64,000 bases of DNA. Source: Eledone cirrhosa (taxonomy: Eukaryota). The notes beneath the pieces are model-generated. The model saw only the letters and a program-made list of their open reading frames with translations, had not been told where the DNA came from and made no database searches. How positions within the stretch are numbered: position 1 is the stretch's first letter; the number at the start of each line of letters is the position of its first letter. This document shows, piece after piece, positions 23,885 through 37,304 of the stretch. Where the stretch lies: the NCBI GenBank assembly GCA_964016885.1, contig OZ024743.1, positions 17,732,001 through 17,796,000 on the forward strand. Direction: 5' to 3'. The position numbers and the translations under genes are program-made.

Positions 23885-26644
23885 ATGTGTATTTCTATTA
23901 ATGATATGTTGCATATTATGTAAAAAGACTTACGTTATAATTACGAGGCTCATTCCTTTTTCACAATGTGTCAGAAACTGTGTATTAATTACATAGATAT
24001 CTACATGCGTGTTTCGATGATATGTCACGGGTATCCCAAATTGAATCTTTCCTGAAGATTCCTTAGACATGTAAGATTTCTGCGTTCATTTCTCACTTTA
24101 TTCTTCACTATCGTTCATGTTAATTATCTTACTTTTCTAAAATTCTGCTCAGGCGTATCATATATATTGCAATGCAATACACCGTCGATGTATGCTCGTT
24201 CTATATGTTGAATATATATCTCACACCGTAAGTATATTACTCATTCAAACCCATTAATGTTGATTTTCTTTCACTCACTGTAACGTAAGGATCGTCTGTT
24301 TCCTGTCTTCCTTAGGCCGTCCTTATTTCCAGTATCATCTGTATCATTCTCGTCCTTTTATAAATACTTGATTATTTGCAATGTTACTGTTTTTATTTGT
24401 TTAGATAGCATTTGAAATTAGAAATTTATGTAAAAATATTAATAAAATTGTAAGACATTTTAAATTATATGAACTACTAATTTGAAGACACCGACCATTA
24501 TCCATAGAGTTGAATTAAAGGAATTGTCAAAGCGTTTGACAAAACAGTTCCCGGCGTTTCCTAAAGGGTTTTTAATGAATTATTATGTTAATTATTATAT
24601 TAATCATTATATTGTGAGAAAATCGTGACTTTTAAATCAATACCCGGCGGTAAACAACACAAAACAAACATGCGATGCCCTCTGAGAAATTCTCCGGCAA
24701 TACACAGCGTTTTGCAACAAGTTCACGTGGTACCTTTCATGGTTTCAATGGCTGTTTAAGTAGAATTATGGTATGAATTTTGGTTGAAGTAATCTCCTAT
24801 ATCGTCTATAATATGTTCACATCAAGATCAATAACAAATATCCATATCATTGTACATATATGAAGTAACATGTGTGCATGTTTAAATATAAAATGAGGAA
24901 AATATTCATATTGCAATATTTGCATGATAGGGGACAGTGAATAAAGTGTATAGTCTAACAATTTAAATGATACTAATACGTAACAATCCACCTAGAATAA
25001 CACTTTGTCATATTACTGCATAACGATTCTTCATTTCTTAAAACCAATATCTAGGTTTATCCATTTATGTTGAGAAATAATTTTATTTGACTGGGGGTTA
25101 CTGTGTTTTCTGGCGAAATGAGATGTTCATGGAGGCGTGTTTCAAAGAAAATATAATTATGATGAAAGGTATGTGTTCAATAGTGAATGTCAAGTAATGT
25201 TTCGATCACACGTAGTTTTACTACAGCATAGGACATGACGAAAATATTTTAAAAGATGTCAGTTTCTTCATGTAAGTATAAGACATGCATTCCTACGCAT
25301 CATATTTGTATAATGATATACTTGAACAATATTTATCTACTGCTGGAATGCATGTTATGTTTATTAAATCCCCATAGATTTTAACGGATACTTTGAATTT
25401 ACTACATCCATATATTTGTCTTGCGATACACCCATGAATTTTCTACTGGGATACTCTATCACATTTGTACAAATGAAAGCATATCAAGATTGCACCAAAT
25501 CATGACATTGCCAAATATTTGCTGACACATACAATACTATTAGATACGTAGAGAAAATATTAAAATACAGTATATACATTTACTTTAATTAATTTATTGT
25601 CAGTTAACGTTTCCATATTCGTCCAGAAATCAAAGAGACTATGCTTAAATAGAATTTACAGTCATAGTTGTATGTTTTCCACGTGTGTATAGGATTTACG
25701 TATACATGTGTAGAGAATATTACAATTGAGGCCTCGTAAACCTATCTACCCTAAATGGCTGTATTATAAGCAAGATATTTTTGTCGTGTAAACTTCATTC
25801 AAAGTAAAACTAACACAAATTAAATATACTAAACCTTATGTATTCATGGACTATGTAATAGAGAATCAATTATGGTTCGATAATGAATTAACATTCACGT
25901 TATTGGGTTTCTTCATATCTTTAATCATGTGCCGCTAAGCACTAAAGCACGTTAATTGATAAACACTTTAAATATCCATTAAGGTTATACCAGAAAAAGT
26001 GAAATCTTAGAATGGTGAATATAATTAAATCAAAATCTTTATTTTCAGTATTATATCAGCACAAAATTATATATGTCCGAAATTAGAAAAACAATATCAT
26101 CTGAAAGAAAGTTAAAACACTATATTGAATATTTAGAAACTGTTTCGGACTTCACGATTATTTTGTCTTCTCTTAAAATGAAATTATTGTTTTAATATAT
26201 TTTAGATTTCATTTACACTACTAAAAATAGTTACTCATATATTCTCATTGAAAATTGAATTGCAATATTGGGACGATTTTGAAACGTTATGTGTTTAACG
26301 TTGAAGACTATGAGAAATTCTGATTAAGTGTTATTGATCTAAATGCATTGTGTAACAGTATAATCTTAATATCACTGTTATATTTCAAAGTTTATTGCGT
26401 TTTTATATGCATTATTTTACTAATGCTATTATTTAACTGGATCTTGTGACACACAATTGTTTAACGATTGAAAACAGTCGAATACAAAATATGATTTGAA
26501 AATGTGTTTTGATAATAAACAAAGAGCCGCACACACCTGCAGACTCACCCATAACATAAACGCACACACACACACACACACACACACGCAGCCCCCCCCC
26601 CCCCACACACATACATATATATATATGTATGTGAGTGTATATTT

Positions 26645-26777
26645 CTGGAATAGCCGTCGAAACGGCTTGAGCTCTGCCGTCGGGGTCATAATTTTTCCTA
26701 TTTCCCACTCTACTACCTTAAGTATTGAGTACTCTGGTGCGTTATGGTCCATCTGGTTCCTTAGCACATTTCCTTTG

Positions 26778-26780
<3 letters not shown>
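26645..26780 (+). repeat. Half-hammerhead family, copy 2 (single arm)
   Basis: tagccgtcgaaacggcttgagctctgccgtcggggtc plus tail matching 12020-12113. Confidence 0.88.
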
Positions 26781-26821
<41 letters not shown>

Positions 26822-26824
<3 letters not shown>

Positions 26825-26996
26825 AGCTATCGCCGTATTTTAACTAAATAAATTCAAGAAATTATATACCGAGTGAGTATTGACGTACATGTACGTCAAT
26901 ACTCACCTTTTTCCATTTCTCCGAGGATGCTTAACCCCACTATCAGGCTAAATAATTTCTTTAATTTCTTTCGTCAAAATACGGCGATAGCTTATA
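26822..26996. repeat. Nested palindrome next to (TA)n
   Basis: Outer arms aagctatcgccgtatttt.../...aaaatacggcgatagctt. Inner perfect palindrome gtgagtattgacgtacatgtacgtcaatactcac. Confidence 0.85.
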
Positions 26997-27053
26997 TTTC
27001 TAATTTCAAACCCGCTAGCTGTTTCGAAAATATTCTTACTTGATATATATATA

Positions 27054-27257
27054 TATTGTTATACTTTGGGAGGGCCATGTTGCCAATAAGAAACACACGC
27101 ACCAGTGCGTTCACTTCAATTTATTATAATAAATTGAAGTGAAAGCAACTGGTGCGTGTGCTTCTTATTGGCAACATGACCCTCCCAAAGTATAACAATA
27201 TCGGTTTCAACACACGATTTCAGATAAAGAATCTTGCTAAACAAATTCAGAAACGAA

Positions 27258-27258
<1 letters not shown>
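27054..27258. repeat. Solo fold-back of the PLE family A terminus
   Basis: ~72-bp arms centred on ttattataataa (~27126), matching 59860-59924 and 61705-61770. (TA)n on both sides. Confidence 0.9.
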
Positions 27259-27285
<27 letters not shown>

Positions 27286-27288
<3 letters not shown>

Positions 27289-27501
27289 CAGTCGATCGAC
27301 TTTCGTCAAATCGGAGCGAGGAAACAATGTCTCCATTGGTCTTTCCAATTGCTAATACTATCTATCGGTCGCAACTCCAGGTAGAAGGAGCAACGTGAAG
27401 TAAAGTGTCTTGCTCAAGGACATAACGCATCGCCCGGTTCGGGAATCGAACTCACGACCTTACGATTGTGAATCCAATTCTCTAACCACTCAGCCACACA
27501 C
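27286..27501 (-). mobile_element. SINE family 2
   Basis: Reverse complement of 18861-19072. Confidence 0.85.
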
Positions 27502-27509
27502 CTCCCATA

Positions 27510-27794
<285 letters not shown>

Positions 27795-27920
27795 TGTGTG
27801 CTTGAAATATTTTATTTCATTCAGAAACAAAATGAGTAAAATAAGATTTTAATTGAAGTATATTATATGTAATTAATAAATTCATACTAATGATGCGGGA
27901 TGAATCAACATGAATATATA

Positions 27921-28110
27921 TAATTGTTTCTACTTTTGGCACAAGGCCACCAATTATCCCGGTGCATTACTGGTACTCTATTTTATCTACCCCGTAAGGA
28001 TGAAAGGCAAAGTTAACATCGGCGGGATTCGAACTCAGACTGTAAAGGGCGTATCCTTATGATCCAAACCATGGCGTCGGACCCCCTACCAATACTCCCA
28101 ATCCACCACC
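27921..28110 (-). mobile_element. SINE family 1
   Basis: Full-length match to the family. Confidence 0.9.
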
Positions 28111-28622
28111 CTGCATGTAGAAAATTATAAATTATAAAAACTTACAATCATGTACTTGGTTGAATATCCCTATGAAAACTGTAGCCAAGACACAGTGCCT
28201 CTTGAACTTGAGAGAAATACGTTATAGAACTCTCTTAACCAGTCACATCCCGTACCACCTAAGGTATTTTAAGTTATATTAGGTAATATGAGAGCATAAT
28301 TCTAACAATTCTTTCAATTGAAGGAAGTATATTCTCAAATGAATTATGTGGTTTGCTCTAAATACACTCAAAATGTGTAAAAATGTGTAAAATAGATTAC
28401 CCTTATTTAGTCCATGTCAAAAGCACAATAAATTGGCTTTCGTGTTCGCATACAACATAGTACAACCATTATTTTTACCCCATGAAAATAAACATTCATC
28501 AGAAAATATATGGAGTTACTATAAATAAAATACACTTGGATTAGTTTCAAAAATCCTGGAAACTGGCTGTACATGTCTATGTTTATACATAGGTACACAC
28601 AGAGGATGGTTTACATTTTTTC

Positions 28623-28685
<63 letters not shown>

Positions 28686-28706
28686 GTATATATAAATACA
28701 TATATA

Positions 28707-28750
28707 TAGCTGTCGAAATGGCTGGATTTCAGCCATCGGGGTCCTGACTA
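28707..28750 (+). repeat. Half-hammerhead family, copy 3 (short)
   Basis: tagctgtcgaaatggctggatttcagccatcggggtc. Confidence 0.7.
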
Positions 28751-28774
28751 TATGTATATATGTACGATGTGATA

Positions 28775-30880
28775 GATCGAATATTTTTGATATCAAGATG
28801 GGCTCTGGCGACTCTGCACAAGTAGCGGATTAGATTGAGTTGTTAATACTAAAACAAACAAAGGATGAAATACCCATCCTCGGCGGTGGTTTGTACCGAG
28901 ATGATGCCATATTTAAGGTCTTAGCCCATACCACAAATCGGAAGAAACAATGGAAATAGGATTAGGTATTTTTTCAGAAATTTGACATTGAATAGAAATA
29001 TATCCCAATAGGAACATATTTAATTGCTTAGATACCACTTTAACCCCAAACGGTAAGCGCTAATACACATACCACAAACCGAATGAGATGCTTTATATAA
29101 TACCGCCGAGTAAAACCACCCAAGATCTGTTATCAGTGTTGTGTTTAAGAGTGTCTTTGATAGAATCACAAACATATCTGCCAGCCATGAGATATCGTGC
29201 GATCATGATGCATACTATAATACATATAAAGCTAAGGCGGCCCATGGCCAACATATTAGTTACAACCCTAGAGAGCATAATTGTGATGCCCTCTAGTTAA
29301 ACTCGTCTTGCAGTTTTGGTAGGAGGAAAACCCCGCTTAAAATAGGAAGGTTTGAGACCATAGCCCCTAAAGCTGCGGGGCCCGAGATAGTATCGGGATC
29401 TAACACTGCAGCGCCTGTGGAAGCACATCATATCCCACAACATGCGCATAAACGCAACGCGCGTGGATGAAATAAAATGGTTGCAAGCCGACCGGGCCAG
29501 AGTGCCTTCAGATATAGTACACGGATTGGAATAGAGGGCCGAATAATCCAGAGGGTGTTCATGTGGGAATGCTTACATCACTCTAAAACAGGAGACATAG
29601 CAACATGTATTGGAAATACGAAGCTAAGGGGCCATGGCTCCGATATAGACGGTAGGGCTACACTAGCTTTAGGCCAGGGAGAGCCCTGGATGATGCTAAT
29701 TCTCTCCAGGATCCAACACAAGTCGCAGGGACGGACCGATCCAGCATATTCACGGCACATCACTCAGTGTATACATAGGTGTCAACCACATCCTGTAATT
29801 GTAAAAGCCCTGACTGGTGCACTCTTAACAACAAATGCCTTTTGACAAATATTGTATAACAGTGGAACATTAAGACCCATAATGCGACACTTGCGTGCGT
29901 AGGTGCAACATCTACGAGATTTAAGGACATATGGTATAACGAAAGCCACTCGTTCAATAGATAAACGAAAGAGCACGGCACTTTCAGAAATGATTTGGGA
30001 GTCGGACAATAAAACATACTCTTTCGTATGGTCGAAGTTTAGAGAGGTTTCCCCTGAGGGGCGTGGGTCTTGCATGTGTATGCTCTGTCAGGGTGAGACC
30101 CTTGAAATACTCAGAAGTGAACGCAGACAATTAATCTTAGGGGTGAATACTTTGGTGCTTGTCGATACCAAAGTAAGCTACTCTCTGCTAGCTATATGAT
30201 CAGCAAAAATGTGAAGTAGGGCTCTTGACGGACTACACCCACATAATTGTTCGTAGTGTCCCTTACAGACCTTGTGGTATGATCCACGCCAATGTTTCCT
30301 CCTACTGAAATAATTATATTAGATAGTTATACATATGTACTAGGATCAATATTGTAACTTGCTATTCACGCCACATTGATAGTCCCTCCTTCAGAATGTA
30401 AATATATGATACTCGCTAAACGCTGTCACACAATTCTTCCTCCAATGTCTGTTAATGTACCAACTTTGTTACTGCAAGGAAGTGACAAATGCGATTGCAC
30501 CATATTAATACTATAGATGAACGCTGTGTGATGATATGTTACCATGGCGTTGGCATAACAACCTCAACAACTGACAATATGAGAATGTAAGGATTTAAAA
30601 CTTTACATTGTCTAATATTATTTTTTCCCCAAGAAAAAAGTTTTTTGTTATATATATTTTCTATGTATTGTTTCTAGCGGTCTGAAGAGGTCGTAGCTGT
30701 TGATTTGTGGCTAGCACCGAAATATATAAACTGTAATGAAAGAAGAAAATTATGAAATGTTGACTTAGACCAATTGTTTATAAATTTACTCCGGTGTCAA
30801 CAGACCCTCTAGTGGATTTCCTTTAGTGATCTACATTGTAAACTGAAGTGGTGCTGTTAAACTAACACAATGTCATTAAC
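28775..30880 (+). mobile_element. Decayed PLE with YRDD-type RT and Cys-rich C-terminal GIY-YIG (resembles the Hydra-type clade)
   Basis: FDIKMGSGDSAQVAD (~28786), GGLYRDDAI (~28885), SCNCKSPDWCTLNNKCLLTNIV (~29790), KSTALSEMIWE...VWS...CMLCQGETLEIL. Many stops. Confidence 0.75.
30677..30734 (+). ncRNA. Type I hammerhead motif in the PLE 3' repeat
   Basis: GCGGU CUGAAGA GGU...UAGC...GCUA..ACC GAAA UAUA UA a ACUGU. One extra A near the cleavage site. Confidence 0.6.
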
Positions 30881-30916
<36 letters not shown>

Positions 30917-31439
30917 ATGCATGTGTATTATATTGTGTGTATGTGTATATGTGATATGTATGTGTATATATATATGTGTATGTGTGTGTATGTGTATGTG
31001 TGTGTGTATGATGTGTGTATATATGTGTATATGTATGTATATTTTTTTCTGTAGAAGTCTTCTCTATATGTGGTGTTTGGCATGAATTCCTCCTATAATA
31101 CTCTTCTTTGAGAGGAGCACGATATGTAGAGTAACACATATGTATTGTCGAAGTTGAAACTGAGAACCACCACCCCTCCTGCTGACCCAAATGTTTACTG
31201 AGGACCAGAACACCATTCTCCGCAATATAAGAGAGGAATGCGCTTGCCGGACTATTGATGACCATAACATCACATTCCAAGGTAATGGCAAAACACAGTG
31301 AATGCTAAATACGACCAGAACACCACAAAATGCGCATCGGAGCAACATAGATATAATATCTATAAGCGAATCAATTGAATTTTTTGAGTTGAAATACATA
31401 TAAATATGTGTCTGTGTGTATCGGACACATGTACACATA

Positions 31440-32800
31440 ACGAAACTGCTGACCTAAATGTACCTGTCATGCCTGTCTGAATTCCTAAGAGAATTTTCGG
31501 TCAGTTACTATCTTGACCGATTACCATCACAATTACTACGTAGCGGTTCTTGCACGTGACTGCTGGGCCCGGATGAAACGAAGACGAAGAATTTCCTTGC
31601 GTACCGTTTTGTACCACAGATGCGATCTCACTCTGCCTCGTTAATGTTCAATCGACACAAAAGTTCTACGTTCGGGGCAATATAATTGAATCCAACCACC
31701 GACAACATAGTTGGATGACCGATAATCACACCAAACCGGAGTACTGTGATCCTTCCGATTTCGAGATATACAACCACTGACACTGTTACGAAGACCAGAA
31801 AACCATACTCCATAATATTGAACCAAGTGATTGATTTGTGCGACCAAAGTAACACCACACACATATTGAACTAGGAATATTGGATCTTCCGTCAATGTCT
31901 GGGTGAGCAAAAATAGATTTCTATCTGCATTGGAATTTACGAACTTGTGCATCTGCTGTGGTGTCAAAAACAAACGCACATGACCGCATAGATAAACAAT
32001 GGACTATGCCACGTGGCTTGAACCTGTAAGTGAATTGAAGGTTGTGTAACTCTGATATACAGATGATTTATTTATTATTAAGATGTATAAACTCGACAAA
32101 ACTATTATCATCTTATATTCTCTCAACTAATCACATTTGATCATATTTCTCTATCCCGTTTTCTCCCACCATAATTATAATATTTTTATTTGAAAAAATC
32201 GGTTTTTTTTACATTGTGTTTTCCCCTTCAAATACTTGCTTATATTTCTTTATATATTCTCTATATATTTTTTTTATATATATATTTTTTATCTTTATTC
32301 TTATTTTAACTTTTATCCTCCTTTATATTTTACCTTATTCTTACTTTCATACCTTATTATAGGGTAATCTTCCCATGCCTCATGATACATTATTAATTAT
32401 AGATTATTATTATTACTCTTTTTCCATTTCTAATTACCTCATGTACTTTCTCCTCCGTTATATATATATTGTATGCCCTTTGTGTGTGTGTAGCCTCTGC
32501 ACACCCTCTGCACCCTACTATCGACGCCACCCCATCTATGGTTGAGCTAACCTCTCGACTCCCGGGAATGAATATGACCGCAGCTAGTAAACAAGGACGC
32601 ACATCCCACCCTCCCGCACCAAAATTAGACTTATCGTCCCTTACTTTTGCTCTTTACTCTCTTTACTCTTTGTTCTTGAATGTTTGGTTGGTAGAGTCCA
32701 TAACACCAATCAAACCCCTTTTATAGCTCTGACGAATCCTACGGTTAAGTAAGGAAGAAACATTGTAAGCCAATAAAAATCGTTTGATGTTGTAGACGCT
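31440..32800 (+). mobile_element. Highly decayed PLE 3' end (GIY-YIG remnant + pyrimidine-rich pLTR)
   Basis: The + strand from ~31605 reads FCTTDAISLCLV...QKFYV...FEIYNH...TMPRGLNL (a GLN end is typical of PLE endonucleases). Hammerhead plus AATAAA at the 3' end. Confidence 0.5.
32726..32770 (+). ncRNA. Type I hammerhead motif
   Basis: GCU CUGACGA a UCCU-acgguuaagua-AGGA a GAAA C-auu-G UA AGC, then aataaa. Confidence 0.65.
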
Positions 32801-32812
32801 CTTGTGTTCTTT

Positions 32813-32849
<37 letters not shown>

Positions 32850-32914
32850 ATGTGTGTGTATGTATATATATATATATGTGTGTATATATATATACATATA
32901 TATATATAAATATT

Positions 32915-32946
<32 letters not shown>

Positions 32947-33083
32947 TAAAATCAAGGGAAAGATTTCCCTTGATTTTATATGTTATTGCTTGTTAATTTA
33001 TTAACTTGCCATTGAACGACACTGACATACGGTCGGACTATACTTGTATCCCTATGTGTATTATTTACATGAAGGAACACATA

Positions 33084-33190
33084 ATCCCGCCAAGCTTAAC
33101 TTTGCCTTTCATCCTTACCGGGTCGATAACATAAAGTACCAGAAATGTACTGGGTAATTGCTGGCCTTGTGCCAAAAGTAGAAACAATTA
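33084..33190 (+). mobile_element. SINE family 1, 5'-truncated
   Basis: aatcccgcc...ctttcatccttaccgggtcgataac...gtagaaacaatta. Confidence 0.88.
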
Positions 33191-33232
33191 TATATATATA
33201 TATATATATATAAATATATATATACATATATA

Positions 33233-33329
<97 letters not shown>

Positions 33330-33336
33330 ATATATA

Positions 33337-33499
33337 TAACAAAGGAATTGTGGTACGGAACCAGATGGACCATAACACACAAGAGTACTCAATACTTAAG
33401 GAGTGGGAAATAGGAGAAATTATGACCCTGACGGCAGAGCTCAAGCCGTTTCGACGGCTATTTCTGTGTGACGATATGAGCTCTGCCGTCGGGGTCATA

Positions 33500-33500
<1 letters not shown>
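33337..33500 (-). repeat. Half-hammerhead family, copy 4, with partial fold-back
   Basis: Reverse complement of 26645-26780 followed by tgagctctgccgtcggggtcata. Confidence 0.88.
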
Positions 33501-33596
<96 letters not shown>

Positions 33597-35169
33597 TTAT
33601 AGTGACGTATACAGGTACTTAAGTTTATCTTATATAAATACACCTGATTACAATCATAGAGATTTTTGAACGTATAGAATTATGAGAGTAGGTATTCCCG
33701 AATGTATCTTTAAATAGGAAAATACCGCTGATAATGTAAGGGAAAACGGACGTGACTAAAGGTAAGTATATGGATAACAATAGGAGCCAACGCATGGAGT
33801 ACAACATTTAATTTCAGAAGTCAAAGAAAATAAATTCAGCTCTATACTAATTTTAGAATGGATGTCAGCACTGGCCTCGAATACATTAACATCACAAACT
33901 AAATACCGACACTTTAGAATGCACATTATTTGGCGTCGTCACGATGGTAATATGTGCAGATGTACCTAATGATTTATGTTGTTGGAGTTAATGCCAGCGG
34001 TTAATTCTCACCTGAGATGGAGTGTTTTACAAATGTAAGCACATCTATATTTCAACAGTATTATATCGGAATGCAAACATGCGTCGCAGCCGTAGTCATA
34101 TGTGCAAGCTTTAACCATCGGAATTAATTTGGAAGGATATGAAATATATTTTCACCAATCAATTCTTATTTCAATCCAATATTCCATTGGGAACCTAAAA
34201 TCCTCCTCTCATTGTATGTCGATATGATACACATTATATATATTTTTTCAGCTTGAAAATATTACACAATATTTGTAAACAAAAGGCAAATTAGATTATC
34301 ATATTTACAAATGTTGTTCATTTCTGTAAACTGATGCCATATTATAAATGAAATATGCTAAATGCTGTCAAAATATGATTTGGACTAATTGTCATAGAAT
34401 TTTTGAATGATTCTATAAAAAAAGGATACAACAATTTGAAAGCTATGAAACACCAAATAGATACGTACTATTGTGTAATCGAAATCCTAATATGAATTAC
34501 TTTACATTTCCGTTATAACAAATATTTCAAATTGACCAAAGTATGTTTTTCTCTTAGATTTGTGAATGTGAAAACAAAAATAACGGATATTAGGAATGAT
34601 AGGAAGAAGGAATAATAAGAGAAAACATAGAAATCACTCTTACAGATATTAAATTACATATATGTAAACTCATATACAAAACAGTAAAGTATACACTTTT
34701 GGTATTTAGAGGTTTTTCTCTATTTCTTTTCATAAAAAGCAAAGGAATATTTATTGTTATGGATTTGAAATATTTATCACATCAACATGAATGATTACTG
34801 ACTTCAGATCTGATCTTTGTCACTTTTATTACTCTTTGTTTGTGTCTACAAATAGAAGCACATATAATTTTAGTAGAATTTTATATATTCTAAATGTTTA
34901 ATGAGATGTGTTTAGCTAGAAATATGTATAATTTGTAGGGTAATCATGTAACATTAAACATCAATCAACAGAAGGATCGGTTACGTTCGTTTCGTTGTAG
35001 AAACGATTTATTTAAGCAACTGACAGTAAGTGCATATTCTATATAAGAACGTATATATATATATATATATATATATGTACATGTTACGTGTATATGTATG
35101 TATGTATGTATGTGTGTATATATGTTTGTATGTATGTATAAAATACATATATATATTTATGTATGTGTG

Positions 35170-36123
35170 CAGTGGCGGACTGGTCAGGTTGCCAAGTTGT
35201 CCAATGGCGGCTCAGAGCAGCATTGCAGGGCCCACTGTAGTATTTTAGGGGCCAATGCTTTACTTTCAAAAACTATTTGAAATCCAAGAGAAAGCAAACA
35301 TGTTTTAAAAAATAAATAAAACAACGAAGCAAAGCATTTGGTCAAAGTATTCCCCAGGGAATTACCAGAAACCAAATATTCGATAGTGCAAATAGCTGGA
35401 ATCAGTGGCTGTACATTCTACTAAATCTGAATCTTAGTGTATTCATTCATGCATGCAAACATACATATGTAGACACAGACACACAAGCATATACGTAGGG
35501 TATAACATTAGGAAAGACATGAACAAAACCACATCATGTTGTTTGAAAATGTTGAAAGTAGGTTTATAAGTATGAATTTTCAAGGGTTTTTCATAGTTGT
35601 CTCTGGGGTCTAACGGTAGGTACTACAGACGGTGGAGATACCGGCAATGTGTTCAATCCTGGTCAAAAGGTATATGTAAACTTTTTCAGTTTTTATTTTA
35701 CAACCAATAGAAAATAAAGAAGAGTTTTGCCGGGAACCCTACTCTCGACCAGGATCGCTACCGTCTATAGTTTTATCCAGCTAGGCCACCGAGAGAGCTA
35801 CCGATGTATACTGAAAATTGATAATTATAAACCTACTTTCAAAATGAAAGTTAAACAGATGTGGGGTCGTTCATAGTTATTAGTAATATTTATGAATTGA
35901 AAGTCTCCGGATTTCGGAAAATGCATAATTCTTTTTTTTTTTTTAACATTGGAGAATGTAAGATATTATTCCACAAAAATTCGATTGCACTGTTTTGTTT
36001 CCACTCATATCTGTTTCGATAATATTATTTATTCATTACAAAAATTAAATGATAGCATTCTATATGTACGTGGGCCCCCTTCATCTCCTGGCAACTAATA
36101 TTTTTTTAACCCAGTCCGCCGTG
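35170..36123. mobile_element. Non-autonomous hAT-type DNA transposon (MITE)
   Basis: TIRs cagtggcggactgg / ccagtccgccgtg. Exact 8-bp TSD tatgtgtg at 35162-35169 and 36124-36131. Confidence 0.8.
35500..35890. repeat. Nested, diverged fold-back inside the MITE
   Basis: ttgaaagtaggtttataa (35552) / ttataaacctactttcaa (35825), tgaac..accacatc / gatgtgg..gttca, atcctggtc / gaccaggat. Confidence 0.65.
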
Positions 36124-36876
36124 TATGTGTGTATATATATGCATGAGTATATGATTGTAAGTACCTTACCATTTTATAGACGTTAAAAGAGCATGTTAAT
36201 GCATCCAATTAAAGAAAAACATTTTTTGTTTGCTTACTATAATTTAAGCTTGAACATTAGGAGAGCCTGCTTTTGTATCCTTCTGTATCTCTATTTTTCA
36301 CTAAGTATTTTATTCTAAATTTAATTTTTCCAAAGATTTACCATTCTTTAAATCTATCGGCCAATGACCTTCACCCGATCCCAAACCCCACCTTCCCCAA
36401 CCACCAAAATATGTATAATTACCACCGTAACACATTGACAGTCGGCTTTGCTGATATTCTCCTTCTAATGAAGCATGTATAGTCCCGTAGAAGCTTATTC
36501 TATATTAAATACACACACACAGAGACACACACGCACACACATGTTTATATTTATATATCATACCCGGGCATCACCACCTCTACATACCTCGCATATTTTC
36601 CCGACTTATTTTTCACTTTTATTTTCCCACACATGTTTTATTTTTATTTTTTTCCCACTAACTGTCCTCTCACTCCCTCACGAAGTTCATACTTCTCACC
36701 ACTCTCCTAATTAAGGGTGTAGGCCCGAAACCTCGCACCCACACACCCCCACTCTTAATAAGCGTGATCTAATAACTTTCGTAACTTGTACTCCAGTGTT
36801 GTCAGTGTTTTTTACATTCTTACACACACAGACACACACAGACACATACACATAAACACACACACTCACACACACA

Positions 36877-36959
<83 letters not shown>

Positions 36960-37233
36960 AGCACAAATCTAAATATTTTTGAAAACCAAACAATGTACTA
37001 GAAAGAAAAGAAATTGCTAAAATAAAAAAAAAAGTCTTACTTTAACAAATTTAATTTTCACAAATATTTTCGGGTTTAAAACAATTAATTAAAGGAGTGT
37101 CCCTATGAGACTATCAGAGACTTATATGAGTGATCGGAGCTTAATTATTTGGAAGGCAGATTTATTTTAAATGAAATGAAAATACGTTAACATTCCAAAC
37201 GTGAAATGTCTTCGGAAAAATTATTGCTATATT

Positions 37234-37290
37234 AATTGTTTCTACTTTTGGCACAAGACCAGCAAAATATCCAGTGCATTACTGGTACTT
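37234..37290 (-). mobile_element. SINE family 1, very short 3' fragment with a perfect 16-bp TSD
   Basis: ttattgctatattaat at 37221-37236 and 37289-37304. Confidence 0.9.
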
Positions 37291-37304
37291 ATTGCTATAT
37301 TAAT

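Noticed and set aside
19700-26400. Long AT-rich stretch searched for exons or RNA genes (also 39300-42200, 49100-52400, 53900-55100)
   Set aside because: No ORF with recognisable motifs and no supportable structure; small host exons cannot be excluded without transcript data.
28707-28750. Apparent compensatory change GAAAC..GUC to GAAAU..AUC
   Set aside because: Both changes are CpG transitions, so they are not independent evidence of structural selection.
31628-32030. Possible minus-strand host exon after a cttacag acceptor-like site
   Set aside because: All three frames hit stops soon after the site, and the + strand fits a decayed PLE endonuclease better.
36700-36740. ctaatta a ggg-tgtagg-ccc gaaac, resembling a hammerhead core
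   Set aside because: Two substitutions in CUGAnGA and no convincing stem I/III.
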